Shown: one piece after another, positions 21,088 to 31,177 of the stretch
How positions within the stretch are numbered: the stretch's first letter is position 1
Layout of the letters: each line of letters starts with the position of its first letter
NCBI GenBank assembly: GCA_963723515.1
Contig: CAVRQT010000001.1
Coordinates: forward strand, 64,001-128,000
From: Vulcanimicrobiota bacterium
GTDB lineage: Bacteria > Vulcanimicrobiota > Vulcanimicrobiia > Vulcanimicrobiales > Vulcanimicrobiaceae
Direction of reading: 5' to 3'
DNA length: 64,000 nucleotides
Position numbers and translations under genes: made by a program
Notes under the pieces: generated by a model
What the model was told of the DNA's origin: nothing
What the model saw: only the letters and a program-made list of their open reading frames with translations
The model's database searches: none

Positions 21088-21519
21088 GTGACCTTCACCG
21101 CGCACATGCGCTTGGGATCTGTCGGCGCGCTCGTCGCGATGGCGGCGTTCGCCGTGGCGGCGTTTCGCACGCGGCGTCCATCCGCTGTTCTCGGAGTCGG
21201 CAGCGCTTCCGACATGACGATGAAAATCGAACTCGAGGTGATCGAGCGGGACGAGCGGCGGCGCGTCGAAGGGAGCTGTCCCTTTGTCGTGGGGCGGTCG
21301 TCAGACGCGGATCTGCTCCTCTGGGATCCGGAGGTCAGCCGGCGCCACGCACGGTTTGAAAATGATGGCACAACGGTCTTCGTTAGCGATCTGCATAGCA
21401 GCAACGGAACGTTCCTTAATGGGCGTGGCCTCACGGAAAGCGTTGAAGTGCGTCCAGGCGATCACATTGATGTCGGCACCGTGCGCTTAACGTTCATCGG
21501 AAGTCAGCCGTGCAGCTGA
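21088..21519 (+). CDS. Membrane-anchored FHA domain protein (FhaB-like)
   Basis: N-terminal TM; VGRS...VSRRH...SSNGT. Confidence 0.85.
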   Translation: MTFTAHMRLGSVGALVAMAAFAVAAFRTRRPSAVLGVGSASDMTMKIELEVIERDERRRVEGSCPFVVGRSSDADLLLWDPEVSRRHARFENDGTTVFVSDLHSSNGTFLNGRGLTESVEVRPGDHIDVGTVRLTFIGSQPCS

Positions 21520-22325
21520 CAATCAGGGGCCAGCGCCGCCGCTACCTGCAGTTGACGCTCGGATCGCAAACGCGCGCGTATGCGGTCTGCAATGGTTTCG
21601 GAACGATCGACGGTCAGCCGATTGAAGAGGCAACCTTGGGTGAGCTCCAGGCGACGCTGCAACGCCGATCGCGCGGCGCGCGCTTTGCCTACCAAATTGC
21701 GAAGCCCAAGGCGATGGCAGCCTTCCTCATCGCTGTCGTTTCGCACTTGAATGCGTACTTGTTCAAACGGAGTGCTGCACACGAAGATTACGTTACCAGC
21801 GGCGCCTCACTAACCTTGATCCTGATCTGCAAAGAACGAGCCTATCTTGCGCATGTCGGAACAACGGCGGCGTACGTCGTCCGTAGCGGCTACGTCGTGG
21901 CGTTAACGAAAGATGATTCGTGCTCGTTCGATGACGCTTCGACGGGCTCAGCGCAGGCTGATCAGCCGGCGCGCATTTTAACGCGCGCGCTGGGCATCGG
22001 TTCGCAGATGCAAATGAGCGTCTGCAGTTTTCGCGTCGCCTCAGGCGACACGCTGGTGCTGGCCAGCAAACGGCTCGCCACAGTCGAGGACCGCCGGGCG
22101 CTAGCAAGATGGATCATGCACCATGACGGTTCGTCGGCTGTCCCTTTGAGGACGCTTGTGCTGAGCGGCGTCGAAGCATCGAAGGGCGGCGAACACACCG
22201 TGGCCGCGGTGCCGATTCGGATGGCGCCGCTTGTTCCGGCGACGGTCGCATCTTCTGCTCGTTCGCCGCTCTGGTACGCGATGGTCGCGCTGCTCTTGAG
22301 TTTGCTTCTGATTATCTCCGCTTGA
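21510..22325 (+). CDS. PP2C/PPM-fold protein lacking catalytic aspartates, with C-terminal TM
   Basis: AYLAHVG, LTKD, LTRALG and GDTLVL scaffold motifs; occupies the pstP position between FHA genes and rodA. Confidence 0.7.
   Translation: MQLTIRGQRRRYLQLTLGSQTRAYAVCNGFGTIDGQPIEEATLGELQATLQRRSRGARFAYQIAKPKAMAAFLIAVVSHLNAYLFKRSAAHEDYVTSGASLTLILICKERAYLAHVGTTAAYVVRSGYVVALTKDDSCSFDDASTGSAQADQPARILTRALGIGSQMQMSVCSFRVASGDTLVLASKRLATVEDRRALARWIMHHDGSSAVPLRTLVLSGVEASKGGEHTVAAVPIRMAPLVPATVASSARSPLWYAMVALLLSLLLIISA
21936..21958 (+). repeat. REP-like copy in-frame in PP2C-like gene (ASTGSAQA)
   Basis: gcttcgacgggctcagcgcaggc. Confidence 0.8.
22140..22187 (+). repeat. Nested REP-in-REP, in-frame in PP2C-like gene (VPLRTLVLSGVEASKG)
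   Basis: tgtgctgagcggcgtcgaagcatcgaag is identical to 9067..9094. Confidence 0.85.
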
Positions 22326-23560
22326 TCGCGCTCTGGATACGCCGCTTAACGCCGCTTCTTGCGGCGTTTGCCATTGCGGCGATCCTCTTGAGCATGGCAC
22401 CGGCGGAAAATCTCGGCTCGGTCTGGGGCTTGCTTCTCTTAGCTGCGCTCGCGCTCGCCTGGGTGATCTTTCAACCGGCGGGCGCCATACGCGACGATTT
22501 TTTGCCGGCCAGCGCGGTCTTGATTTCCGCGGTTGGCTTATCGATGATCGCGCGGCTCTCCGGCGAGCTCGCGCGCAAGCAAGAGCTCTGGTTATTCGTT
22601 TCGCTGATGCTCGTGCTGATGCTCGGACCGGCATTTTCGCGCTTTCGCCGGCTCGCCGCATTCAAATATCTCTGGGTGATCGGGTCGATTGTCTTGTTCG
22701 GGCTGCTCGCAGTTTTCGGACAAGAAGTCAACGGTGCGCGACTCTGGATCCGCATCGGCAGCGTTCAATACGAGCCGATCGAGCTGATCAAACTCTTCAT
22801 CGTCTTTTTCCTTGCCGCGTATCTTGCGGAAACGGCCGATGTGATTGCCAACGCGCGGCCATGGTCGGTGCGTGCGAACCTCAAATACCTTGGGCCGCTC
22901 TTCATCGGCTGGGGCGCCTCAATGGCGATTTTAGTCTTGCAGCACGATCTCGGTATGGCCGTGTTGCTGCTCGTGACGTTCATTGCGGTGCTCTATGTTG
23001 CGACCCGTCGCATCGATTTGATCCTGGGGAGCTTGGCGACGTTCGGTGTCGTTGCGGCATGGGCCGCACATCACTTCTCCTACGTGCAAACGCGCATCGC
23101 GGTGTGGCGCAATCCGTTCGGGGATCCGCTCGGCGCCGGATTTCAATCGAGTCAGGGCTACTACTCGCTCGCTGCGGGCGGCTTGCTTGGAACGGGCTAC
23201 CGCTTAGGCCACCCCGGATTCATCCCCAACGTCGCGACCGACTACGTGTATGCAGCGTGGAGCGAAGAGTTCGGGCTCGTCGGCGCGGTCGTGCTTCTCT
23301 TGCTCTACTTAGCGATCGTTTGGCGTGCGCTCACGATAGCGCGCGCACAGCCGGACCTCTATACGCGTCTGCTGGCAGTCGGGCTCGCAGCGATCCTGGG
23401 CTTTCAAGTGCTGATCATCGTCGGCGGAGTGATCGGCCTCTTTCCGTTGACCGGCATTACCTTACCGTTCATGTCCTACGGCGGAAGCTCGCTCGTTGCA
23501 AACTTCCTCTTAATAGCATTGGTTTGGGCAATCAGCTCGAGAAGCTTTGCGGCGAAATAG
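22322..23560 (+). CDS. rodA: FtsW/RodA/SpoVE family SEDS protein
   Basis: NGARLWI, EPIELIK, TDYVY..WSEEFG and PLTGITLPFMSYGGSS motifs. Confidence 0.88.
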   Translation: MIALWIRRLTPLLAAFAIAAILLSMAPAENLGSVWGLLLLAALALAWVIFQPAGAIRDDFLPASAVLISAVGLSMIARLSGELARKQELWLFVSLMLVLMLGPAFSRFRRLAAFKYLWVIGSIVLFGLLAVFGQEVNGARLWIRIGSVQYEPIELIKLFIVFFLAAYLAETADVIANARPWSVRANLKYLGPLFIGWGASMAILVLQHDLGMAVLLLVTFIAVLYVATRRIDLILGSLATFGVVAAWAAHHFSYVQTRIAVWRNPFGDPLGAGFQSSQGYYSLAAGGLLGTGYRLGHPGFIPNVATDYVYAAWSEEFGLVGAVVLLLLYLAIVWRALTIARAQPDLYTRLLAVGLAAILGFQVLIIVGGVIGLFPLTGITLPFMSYGGSSLVANFLLIALVWAISSRSFAAK

Positions 23561-23629
23561 GGACGGGCCCGCAACCCGTATTCAGGTATCGCTGTCATAA
23601 TTTAAGACAAAAATGCGTTGCTTACTGTG

Positions 23630-24472
23630 ATGTCGTCTACATTACGCCGATTTTCGGCCGTCTTTTTCATCGCGGCTGCTTGCGTTGCCGCATCGGGCGC
23701 TAACGCCGCACAGTCGAAAGGCGACGCGCTGCTTCAGAAGATCAGGGTCGTCTTTCGATCGCATCGGCCGCCGCCGCCCTACATTACCTACACGCTCCAT
23801 CGCGAATCGATCACCGAGCAAGGCTACACGGATTACACCGCAACCTACACCTACCACATCTGGTGCCGGAGCTCCGATCGTGCCGCGCTGGGTCGCAAGG
23901 TGTTCCGGGATGAAGCGCGCGGGGACTTAGAGTTTCTGCGGCCGGAATTCAACCAGGATCGCGATCCCGGACCGCCTACCGCCGACGTCTTCGAGCGCGC
24001 GCCGGTCCATCCGCAGCCCGTTGAAGTTGCTCCGACGCCGGAGCCCGTTGCCGCTCCGGCCGTCATCGGTTCCGTCACGGCATACGGCGAGCTCGAGTAT
24101 CATGTGACGGCGGTGCAGACTGAGGGCGACCTTCTCCATTTGAGCGTCGTGCCGTTCCGCGATCCCGACCGGAATCGGCTGCGTGAGATTTACGTTGACA
24201 AGAAGACGCTGGAGCTCCGCAAATTGATCGCGACCGACAAGCTCTTCATCGGAAACGCTGAAATTCACCCGGTGCGATTTACGATCACGATGGCGATGCA
24301 GGATGGGCGACCGCTCGTAACCGCTATTCACGCTGAAACGACCGACGATTACAAGGGCGATAGCCATATCACGGACTACACGTTCACGGACATCAAATTC
24401 CCGAGCTCACTGCCGGATTGGTATTTCAACGCGCACTCCTATGCGATGCATACCGGCGAAGCGCCTTTGTAA
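23630..24472 (+). CDS. Hypothetical secreted protein, paralogue 1
   Basis: Signal peptide; high similarity to the next ORF. Confidence 0.75.
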   Translation: MSSTLRRFSAVFFIAAACVAASGANAAQSKGDALLQKIRVVFRSHRPPPPYITYTLHRESITEQGYTDYTATYTYHIWCRSSDRAALGRKVFRDEARGDLEFLRPEFNQDRDPGPPTADVFERAPVHPQPVEVAPTPEPVAAPAVIGSVTAYGELEYHVTAVQTEGDLLHLSVVPFRDPDRNRLREIYVDKKTLELRKLIATDKLFIGNAEIHPVRFTITMAMQDGRPLVTAIHAETTDDYKGDSHITDYTFTDIKFPSSLPDWYFNAHSYAMHTGEAPL

Positions 24473-25298
24473 TTTTCTCGCACTGCTTGCGGCGTTCGTT
24501 TTGAGCGCCGCGCCGTTGCCTTCGAACGCCGGTCTTTCGAAAGGTGACGAGCTGCTGCAGAAGATCCGCGCAGTCTTTCGTGCGCACCGTCCTCCGCCGC
24601 CGTACATCACGTACACGCTCGTGCGCGCGCAAGATACTGCGCAAGGGTATCCCGACTTCGAGTGGAGCTACACCTACCATATCTGGTGTCGCACATCCGA
24701 CCTGGCGGCGCTCGGCCGAAAAGTGTACCGCGGCGACGCGCGCGGCCCATTAGAATTCTTACGTCCGGAGTTCAATCAGGCACGCGACCCTGGTCCTCCG
24801 ACTGCAGATGTCTTCGAACGCGCGCCGGCACATCCACAATCGATTGACGTCGTGCCCACCCCTGAACCGAGCGGCATACCGGCGACGATCGGATCGGTTA
24901 CGAGCTATGGTGAGCTCGAATACCATGTAACCGCCGTCCGTACTGAAGGCGATCTTTTGCACTTGAGTTTGCGGCCCATCAGAGATCCGGACCGCAACCG
25001 GCTACGGGAAATCTACGCTGAGAGAACGAGCTTCGAGCTGAAGAAACTGATTGCGACGGATAAACTGTTCATCATGCCGTTTGACGAGGTCCATCCGCAG
25101 CTCTACACGATAACGATGGGAACGGTCGAAGGACGCCCCGTCGTCACGGCCATTCACGGCGTTACGACGGACGATTACAATGACGACGGCCGGGAAGTAG
25201 ACTACACGTTCAAAGATATCAAGTTTCCGAAGTCGCTGCCCGATTGGTATTTCGACGCGCATGTCTACGCGATGCACTCGAACGAAGCGCCGTTATGA
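24441..25298 (+). CDS. Hypothetical secreted protein, paralogue 2
   Basis: Shares HRPPPPYITYTL, YHIWCR, RDPGPPTADVFE and RDPDRNRLREIY with the previous ORF. Confidence 0.75.
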   Translation: MRCIPAKRLCNFLALLAAFVLSAAPLPSNAGLSKGDELLQKIRAVFRAHRPPPPYITYTLVRAQDTAQGYPDFEWSYTYHIWCRTSDLAALGRKVYRGDARGPLEFLRPEFNQARDPGPPTADVFERAPAHPQSIDVVPTPEPSGIPATIGSVTSYGELEYHVTAVRTEGDLLHLSLRPIRDPDRNRLREIYAERTSFELKKLIATDKLFIMPFDEVHPQLYTITMGTVEGRPVVTAIHGVTTDDYNDDGREVDYTFKDIKFPKSLPDWYFDAHVYAMHSNEAPL

Positions 25299-25868
25299 TT
25301 TCAAAAGCTCGATCGCGAAGAGCTCCTTGATGTAGTCGCTCATGCCGGCGTCGATGCGGCGCAGGCGCTCGCGCGTCGCATTGGGCCAGCAAGACGCCGG
25401 ATCGTTTGCTCCGACGTATGCCCGCATCGACTCGGCAAAGTATTCATCGATACCGGTCGCGGCATATGGCGTTACGAAATCGCGCGCGGTTTCGAAGAGC
25501 GAACGCAGATCCGGATCGACGCACGATCGGTAGATGCCGCTGCCCAGCGCACAATCCAACGCATGTCCAAACTCGTGCGCCACCGTCATCGGGCTGCGCG
25601 AACGAAGATAGACGGTTCGTTCTTCAACGACGAACAGACCGGCGGGGGGCGACGGCCAGCCGTCGATCGACGGGCACAATCGCCGTAATGCGCTGGACGC
25701 TTCTGCGTACGATTGCGAGCGGCGTAACGGAACGATGCGAATGCCGGCGCGGGCGGCGAAGTCGAGCGCCGGTTTACCGAAGAGCGCAAGCGTTCGGCCA
25801 ACGGCAGCACGGGACGACGGATGCGCATGAAGCAGCAGGGCGCCGAGCGGCGAATTATGGACACACAC
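25293..25868 (-). CDS. Zinc metallopeptidase, anthrax lethal factor/Pro-Pro endopeptidase-like
   Basis: AHEFGHALD followed by YAAT..DEYFAES. Confidence 0.65.
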   Translation of the reverse strand: MCVHNSPLGALLLHAHPSSRAAVGRTLALFGKPALDFAARAGIRIVPLRRSQSYAEASSALRRLCPSIDGWPSPPAGLFVVEERTVYLRSRSPMTVAHEFGHALDCALGSGIYRSCVDPDLRSLFETARDFVTPYAATGIDEYFAESMRAYVGANDPASCWPNATRERLRRIDAGMSDYIKELFAIELLKS

Positions 25869-25957
25869 CGCCCCACTCTCCGCGCCGCATATTGCAAGCG
25901 AATGTCGTCCGCGTGTCCGTTGGATGAACGCGCGCCGTTCGCGGAAGGGAGGACGTC

Positions 25958-27781
25958 ATGGCTCCGTATCAAGCGCCTCTGCGTGACATGCAGTTTGCGT
26001 TGCGCGAGCTTGCCGGTCTCGATCAGATCGTTGCGCTGCCGGAGTTTGAAGACAGTGGCGACGTCGTTGATGCGATCCTCGAGGAGGCGGCGACCTTTGC
26101 GAGCGAGGTGCTCGATCCGCTCAACCAATCCGGCGATAAGGAAGGGTGCACGTGGAACGCCGGTGAGGTAACGACCCCCAGCGGCTTCAAAGATGCGTAT
26201 GCGCGCTTCGCTCAATCGGGTTGGATTGGACTGCCCGTCCCATCCGAATACGGCGGACAAGGTTTACCGCAGTTGCTGCTCGGTCCGACGCTCGAGATGT
26301 GGAACGCCGCCAACGTCGGCTTCGCGAACGGACCGCTGCTCAATCAAGGCGCGATCGAAGCGATCGAGTTGGCCGGCTCCTCGCAACAGAAGGAACGCTA
26401 CATTCCGAAGCTTGTTTCGGGCGCATGGATGGGCACGATGTGTTTAACGGAGCCGCAAGCCGGGTCTGATTTGGCCGCGGTGCGCACCAAAGCGGTTCCG
26501 CAAAACGACCACTATCTGATCAGTGGTCAGAAGATCTTCATCACCTTCGGCGAGCACGACCTGGCGGAGAACATCGTGCATTTGGTGCTCGCGCGCCTGC
26601 CCGACGCGCCGGAAGGCACAAAGGGCATCTCGATGTTCATCGTCCCGAAATACGTCCCGAACGCCGATGGTTCGCTTGGAGAGCGCAACGACGTCTATTG
26701 CGCCGGCATCGAGCATAAGATGGGACTCAACGCGAATCCGACGTGCACGCTCAACTACGGGGAGCGCAAGGGCGGCGCCGTCGGCTATCTTGTCGGCGAG
26801 CCTAATCGCGGGCTGGAGTACATGTTCGTCATGATGAACGCGGCACGTTTTTCGGTCGGCGTTCAAGGCTACGCGATCGCGGACCGAGCGTACCAGCGCG
26901 CGCTCGAGTATGCCAAAGAACGCGTGCAAAGCCGCGACGTCGCATCAAGCAGTTATCAGGCGGTTCGCATTATCGAACATCCGGACGTGCGTCGAATGTT
27001 GATGACGATGAAAGCCCAAGTTGAGGCGATGCGCGCGCTCTCATACGTCGCAGCGGCGGCGCTCGATCTTTCGAACCGTCACCCCGACGCAGCGGTGCGC
27101 AAAGAGCGTAAAGCGTTCGTCGAGTTGATGATTCCGGTCGTCAAAGGTTGGTGCACGGAAACGGCCCAAGAAGTCACCTCAACGGCTCTGCAAGTTTTCG
27201 GCGGCATGGGCTACATCGAAGAGACGGGTGTCGCGCAGCAGTATCGTGACGTTCGGATCACAACAATCTATGAAGGCACGACGGGCATTCAGGCGCTCGA
27301 TCTGGTCGGCAGAAAATTGCTCCGCGACATGGGTGGAACGGCGACCGCGGTCATCGCAGAGATGAAGGCCTTCGCCGAAGCGCTCGATGGCACGCACGAC
27401 GCGGATCTCAAAGCGATTGCAACGTCCGTTCGCAACGGTGTCGGCATTTTGGCGGAAGTTTCGCAATGGATCGGCATGAATGCGATGGGGGATTTGCGCA
27501 AAGCCTTCGCCTGCTCCGTGCCCTATCTGCGGCTTTGGGGAATCGTGGCCGGGGGCTGGCAGATGGCGCGCGCGGCTCAGATTGCACGATCAAAGATCGA
27601 TGCGAACGATCCGGAGAGCGATTTTTATCGCGCGAAGCTGACGACCGCACGTTTTTACGCCGACCACATCTTAACGCAAGCCGCTTCTTTGCGTGCGCAA
27701 ATCGTCGACGGCTCAGCGGACGTCATGGCGATGCCTGAAGCGCACTTCGACCTGGATCGTACGACGGCCGCGCTCGTCTAA
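25958..27781 (+). CDS. Acyl-CoA dehydrogenase (long form)
   Basis: YQAPLRD, MCLTEPQAGSD, GQKIFIT, EHKMG and IYEGTTGIQA motifs. Confidence 0.93.
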   Translation: MAPYQAPLRDMQFALRELAGLDQIVALPEFEDSGDVVDAILEEAATFASEVLDPLNQSGDKEGCTWNAGEVTTPSGFKDAYARFAQSGWIGLPVPSEYGGQGLPQLLLGPTLEMWNAANVGFANGPLLNQGAIEAIELAGSSQQKERYIPKLVSGAWMGTMCLTEPQAGSDLAAVRTKAVPQNDHYLISGQKIFITFGEHDLAENIVHLVLARLPDAPEGTKGISMFIVPKYVPNADGSLGERNDVYCAGIEHKMGLNANPTCTLNYGERKGGAVGYLVGEPNRGLEYMFVMMNAARFSVGVQGYAIADRAYQRALEYAKERVQSRDVASSSYQAVRIIEHPDVRRMLMTMKAQVEAMRALSYVAAAALDLSNRHPDAAVRKERKAFVELMIPVVKGWCTETAQEVTSTALQVFGGMGYIEETGVAQQYRDVRITTIYEGTTGIQALDLVGRKLLRDMGGTATAVIAEMKAFAEALDGTHDADLKAIATSVRNGVGILAEVSQWIGMNAMGDLRKAFACSVPYLRLWGIVAGGWQMARAAQIARSKIDANDPESDFYRAKLTTARFYADHILTQAASLRAQIVDGSADVMAMPEAHFDLDRTTAALV

Positions 27782-27792
27782 GCCAAGGTAAC

Positions 27793-29967
27793 GTGCCCAA
27801 AATAGCGACTCGCGACCACGACGGCGTTCGAGTGCTGACACTCGACAATCCGCCGGTCAATGCATTGTCGTTTGCATTCTCAGCGATGTTGCTCGATGCG
27901 GTGAAGGCGGCCGAAGAGGATACGGCCGTTCGCGCCGTCGTCTTTGCCGGCGCAAATGGAATGTTTAGCGGCGGCGCGGACGTCAACGATTTCAACGCTC
28001 CGATCACGCCTGAGACGACTACGGTCCGGGATGTTATTGCGGCGATCGAGCTCGGACGAAAAACCTACATTGCTGCGATTGAAGGCACTGCTCTCGGCGG
28101 CGCGCTGGAAGTCGCGCTCGCCTGCGATTACCGGATCGCCGCACAGAATGCGAAGCTTGGCTTGCCGGAGATAAAACTTGGATTGATTCCGGGCGCAGGC
28201 GGAACGCAGCGCTTGCCGCGCTTGATCGGCGCACAACCCGCATTGCAGATGATGCTCAAAGGCGAGCGCGTCGATGCGGATGAGGCCCTGAGGCGCGGAA
28301 TCCTCGATGAAGTCGTTGCGCAAGACGTTGTCGATGCCGGAAGTGCGCTAGCGCGCCGCAATGTCGATGCGCATGCGCACGCAAAGCGACGCATCTCAGA
28401 GCTTCCCTCGGCGTTGCTCGGGACAGGCTCCGTTGAAATCGGCGCCGGCCCTTCGACATCGCTCAGGACAAGCGTCGCGGCCTTCGCATTGCCGTTCGTC
28501 GTCGCCGAGGCGCATAAGATGCTGCCGTCCGAAGAGCGTGGCGGTTTTGCGGCTCACAAACTCGTGGATGCGGTTCAGGCGTCGTTCGAGTTGCCGTTCC
28601 CGCGCGGCCTCGCGCGCGAGTTTCGGCTGTTCGAAGAATGCGCGCGCTCGCCGCAGTCGTTCGCACTGCGCCACCTTTTCTTCGCAGAACGGGAGCTTTC
28701 GAAGATCCCAGATTTAGAACCGGCGGAGGCTTTGCAAATCAAGACCGCCGGTGTCCTCGGTGGCGGCACGATGGGAACCGGAATTGCAATCACCTTTGCT
28801 AATGCCGGCATTCCGGTTACGGTCGTTGAGCCTGCCGAAGAACAGATCGCGCGCGCCAAGCAGATGATCTTCGGGATGTTCATGCATCAAGTGCAGCGCG
28901 GCCGGCTGACGCAAGAGGAGGCGTGGAATCGAGGCCGGACGATCGTCTTTACCGGCGATCGTGCCGCTTTGCGCGAATGCGACCTCGTGATCGAGGCCGT
29001 CTTTGAAAATCTCGACCTCAAGAAGCACGTCTTTGCGGAACTCGACGGCCTGCTTGAGCCCAATGCAATCCTCGCAACGAACACGTCGACGCTAGACATT
29101 GACGCGATGGCGGCCGTCACGAAGCGTCCGGATCGATTCTTGGGACTGCATTTCTTTGCGCCGGCGAATATCATGAAGCTGCTGGAAATCGTCCGTGGGG
29201 GCGCGACCTCGGCGCAGACGTTGACGACCGCATTGAAATTGAGCAAGACACTGCGCAAGATCGGCGTCGTCTCGGCGAACGCCTTCGGTTTCATCGGCAA
29301 TCGAATGCTCTTCGATTACGCGCGCGAGGCGGTGCGGCTCGCGGAAGAAGGCGTCGCACCGTATCGCGTGGATGCGGTCATCAGGGATTTCGGCTTTGCG
29401 ATGGGACCCTTCGCGATGTTCGACCTCTCCGGAATCGACGTTTTCCGGTACATACAACAGGCGTCGGGGCAACAGTTGGGGCGAACGGCGATTGTCGACC
29501 GGCTTTACGACGAAAAGCGGCTCGGTCAAAAAGCTGGACGCGGGTTCTATAAGTACGCGGCAGGCAGCCGCGATCCGGAACGGGATGACGACGTGGAGCG
29601 CATCTTCTCTGAGGAGGCACGCGCACTGGGCATTGCGGTGCGCGATCCGAGCGACGAAGAGATCACCAAGCGTTTGGTGTACGCGCTAATCAATCGCGGC
29701 GCCGAGTTGCTGCGCGAGGGAGTCGCGCTGCGACCTGGCGACATCGACATCGTGTACATCTATGGTTACGGCTTTCCGCCACATCACGGTGGCCCGATGT
29801 GGTACGCGGATGAAGTCGGCGTGCGCGACGTCTATGATGATGTCGTGCGTTTCGAACGTGACTTCGGAGAGCATTGGGCGCCTTCGCCGCTCTTGGCCGA
29901 GATCGCGCAATCGGGCGGCACGCTTGATACCCACGCGCCCACACGCAGAGAGCTTGCCCATGCGTGA
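27793..29967 (+). CDS. Bifunctional enoyl-CoA hydratase/3-hydroxyacyl-CoA dehydrogenase
   Basis: [36 protein letters not shown] and GLHFFAPA motifs. Confidence 0.93.
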   Translation: MPKIATRDHDGVRVLTLDNPPVNALSFAFSAMLLDAVKAAEEDTAVRAVVFAGANGMFSGGADVNDFNAPITPETTTVRDVIAAIELGRKTYIAAIEGTALGGALEVALACDYRIAAQNAKLGLPEIKLGLIPGAGGTQRLPRLIGAQPALQMMLKGERVDADEALRRGILDEVVAQDVVDAGSALARRNVDAHAHAKRRISELPSALLGTGSVEIGAGPSTSLRTSVAAFALPFVVAEAHKMLPSEERGGFAAHKLVDAVQASFELPFPRGLAREFRLFEECARSPQSFALRHLFFAERELSKIPDLEPAEALQIKTAGVLGGGTMGTGIAITFANAGIPVTVVEPAEEQIARAKQMIFGMFMHQVQRGRLTQEEAWNRGRTIVFTGDRAALRECDLVIEAVFENLDLKKHVFAELDGLLEPNAILATNTSTLDIDAMAAVTKRPDRFLGLHFFAPANIMKLLEIVRGGATSAQTLTTALKLSKTLRKIGVVSANAFGFIGNRMLFDYAREAVRLAEEGVAPYRVDAVIRDFGFAMGPFAMFDLSGIDVFRYIQQASGQQLGRTAIVDRLYDEKRLGQKAGRGFYKYAAGSRDPERDDDVERIFSEEARALGIAVRDPSDEEITKRLVYALINRGAELLREGVALRPGDIDIVYIYGYGFPPHHGGPMWYADEVGVRDVYDDVVRFERDFGEHWAPSPLLAEIAQSGGTLDTHAPTRRELAHA
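28405..28473 (+). repeat. Two in-frame REP-like copies (degenerate PSALLGTG; intact GPSTSLRTS)
   Basis: ccctcggcgttgctcgggacaggc at 28405..28428 and ggcccttcgacatcgctcaggacaagc at 28447..28473. Confidence 0.85.
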
Positions 29968-31177
29968 GGCCGCGGTCGTCGCCGTCGCTCGCACGCCGAT
30001 CGGACGCGCGTTTCGCGGCGCATTCAATCAAACGCACGGTGCGACGCTGGCGGGACATGTCATTAAAGCGGCGCTCGAACGCGCAAACCTGGACGGAGAA
30101 GAAGTCGAAGACGTCATTCTCGGATGTGGTCTGCCTGAAGGCGCGACCGGAAATAATTTAGGCCGCGTTGCCGCACTGCGCGCCGGTCTTCCCGTAACCG
30201 TTCCCGGCACGACGATCAATCGCTACTGTGCATCCGGCCTGCAAGCGATCTCAGTAGCTGCGCAGCGAATCATCGTTGACGGGATGCGCGTCGCGGTTGC
30301 GGGAGGTTGCGAATCGATCAGCATGGTGCAGAACGTCATGAACCTGCACGGCTTCACCGAAGAGTGGATGCTGCGCCACCAAGCCGACATCTATATGCCG
30401 ATGCTGCAGACGGCCGACGTCGTGGCGAAGAAATACGGTATCTCACGTGAAGCGCAAGATCGATACGCCCTGCAGAGTCAACAGCGAACGGCCGCGGCGC
30501 AAGTCGCCGGCAAATTCGATGATGAAACCGTGCCGCTGCAGACTTGGAAGTATCTCGAGGACAAGGAGAGCGGTACGATCAGTGAAGAGCAGGTCATGCT
30601 CTCAAAAGATGAAGGCAACCGCCCAGATACAACGCTCGAAGGCCTCTCCAAGCTCAAGGGTGTGCTCGATCCGAACTCGACCATCACGGCCGGCAATTCA
30701 TCCCAACTTTCCGATGGTGCAGCAGCGGTGGTCCTAATGGAGAGCGAGACCGCACGCACCCGCGGCCTAACGCCGCTTGGTTTCTATCGCGGGATGGTTG
30801 TACGGGGCTGTGAGCCCGGCGAGATGGGCATTGCGCCCGTTTTCGCGGTGCCGCAACTCTTGCAGCAGCATGCTCTCACGCTCGATGACATCGGTTTGTG
30901 GGAGCTCAATGAGGCGTTTGCCGTGCAGACGCTGTACTGTCGGGATCGGCTCAATATTCCGAATGAGATTTTCAACGTTGACGGCGGCGCGATCTCGATC
31001 GGCCATCCGTACGGCATGAGCGGCGCGCGTATGACCATGCATGCCCTGATCGAAGGGGCGCGTCGCAACGCAAAACATGTCATCGTGACGATGTGCATCG
31101 GCGGCGGAATGGGCGCCGCAGGCCTCTTTGAGGTGTATCGAAACGAAAAGAGCAAAAGAAGTCAAAGTGAAAAATAA
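29960..31177 (+). CDS. Acetyl-CoA C-acyltransferase (thiolase)
   Basis: [18 protein letters not shown] and MCIGGGMG motifs. Confidence 0.94.
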   Translation: MREAAVVAVARTPIGRAFRGAFNQTHGATLAGHVIKAALERANLDGEEVEDVILGCGLPEGATGNNLGRVAALRAGLPVTVPGTTINRYCASGLQAISVAAQRIIVDGMRVAVAGGCESISMVQNVMNLHGFTEEWMLRHQADIYMPMLQTADVVAKKYGISREAQDRYALQSQQRTAAAQVAGKFDDETVPLQTWKYLEDKESGTISEEQVMLSKDEGNRPDTTLEGLSKLKGVLDPNSTITAGNSSQLSDGAAAVVLMESETARTRGLTPLGFYRGMVVRGCEPGEMGIAPVFAVPQLLQQHALTLDDIGLWELNEAFAVQTLYCRDRLNIPNEIFNVDGGAISIGHPYGMSGARMTMHALIEGARRNAKHVIVTMCIGGGMGAAGLFEVYRNEKSKRSQSEK

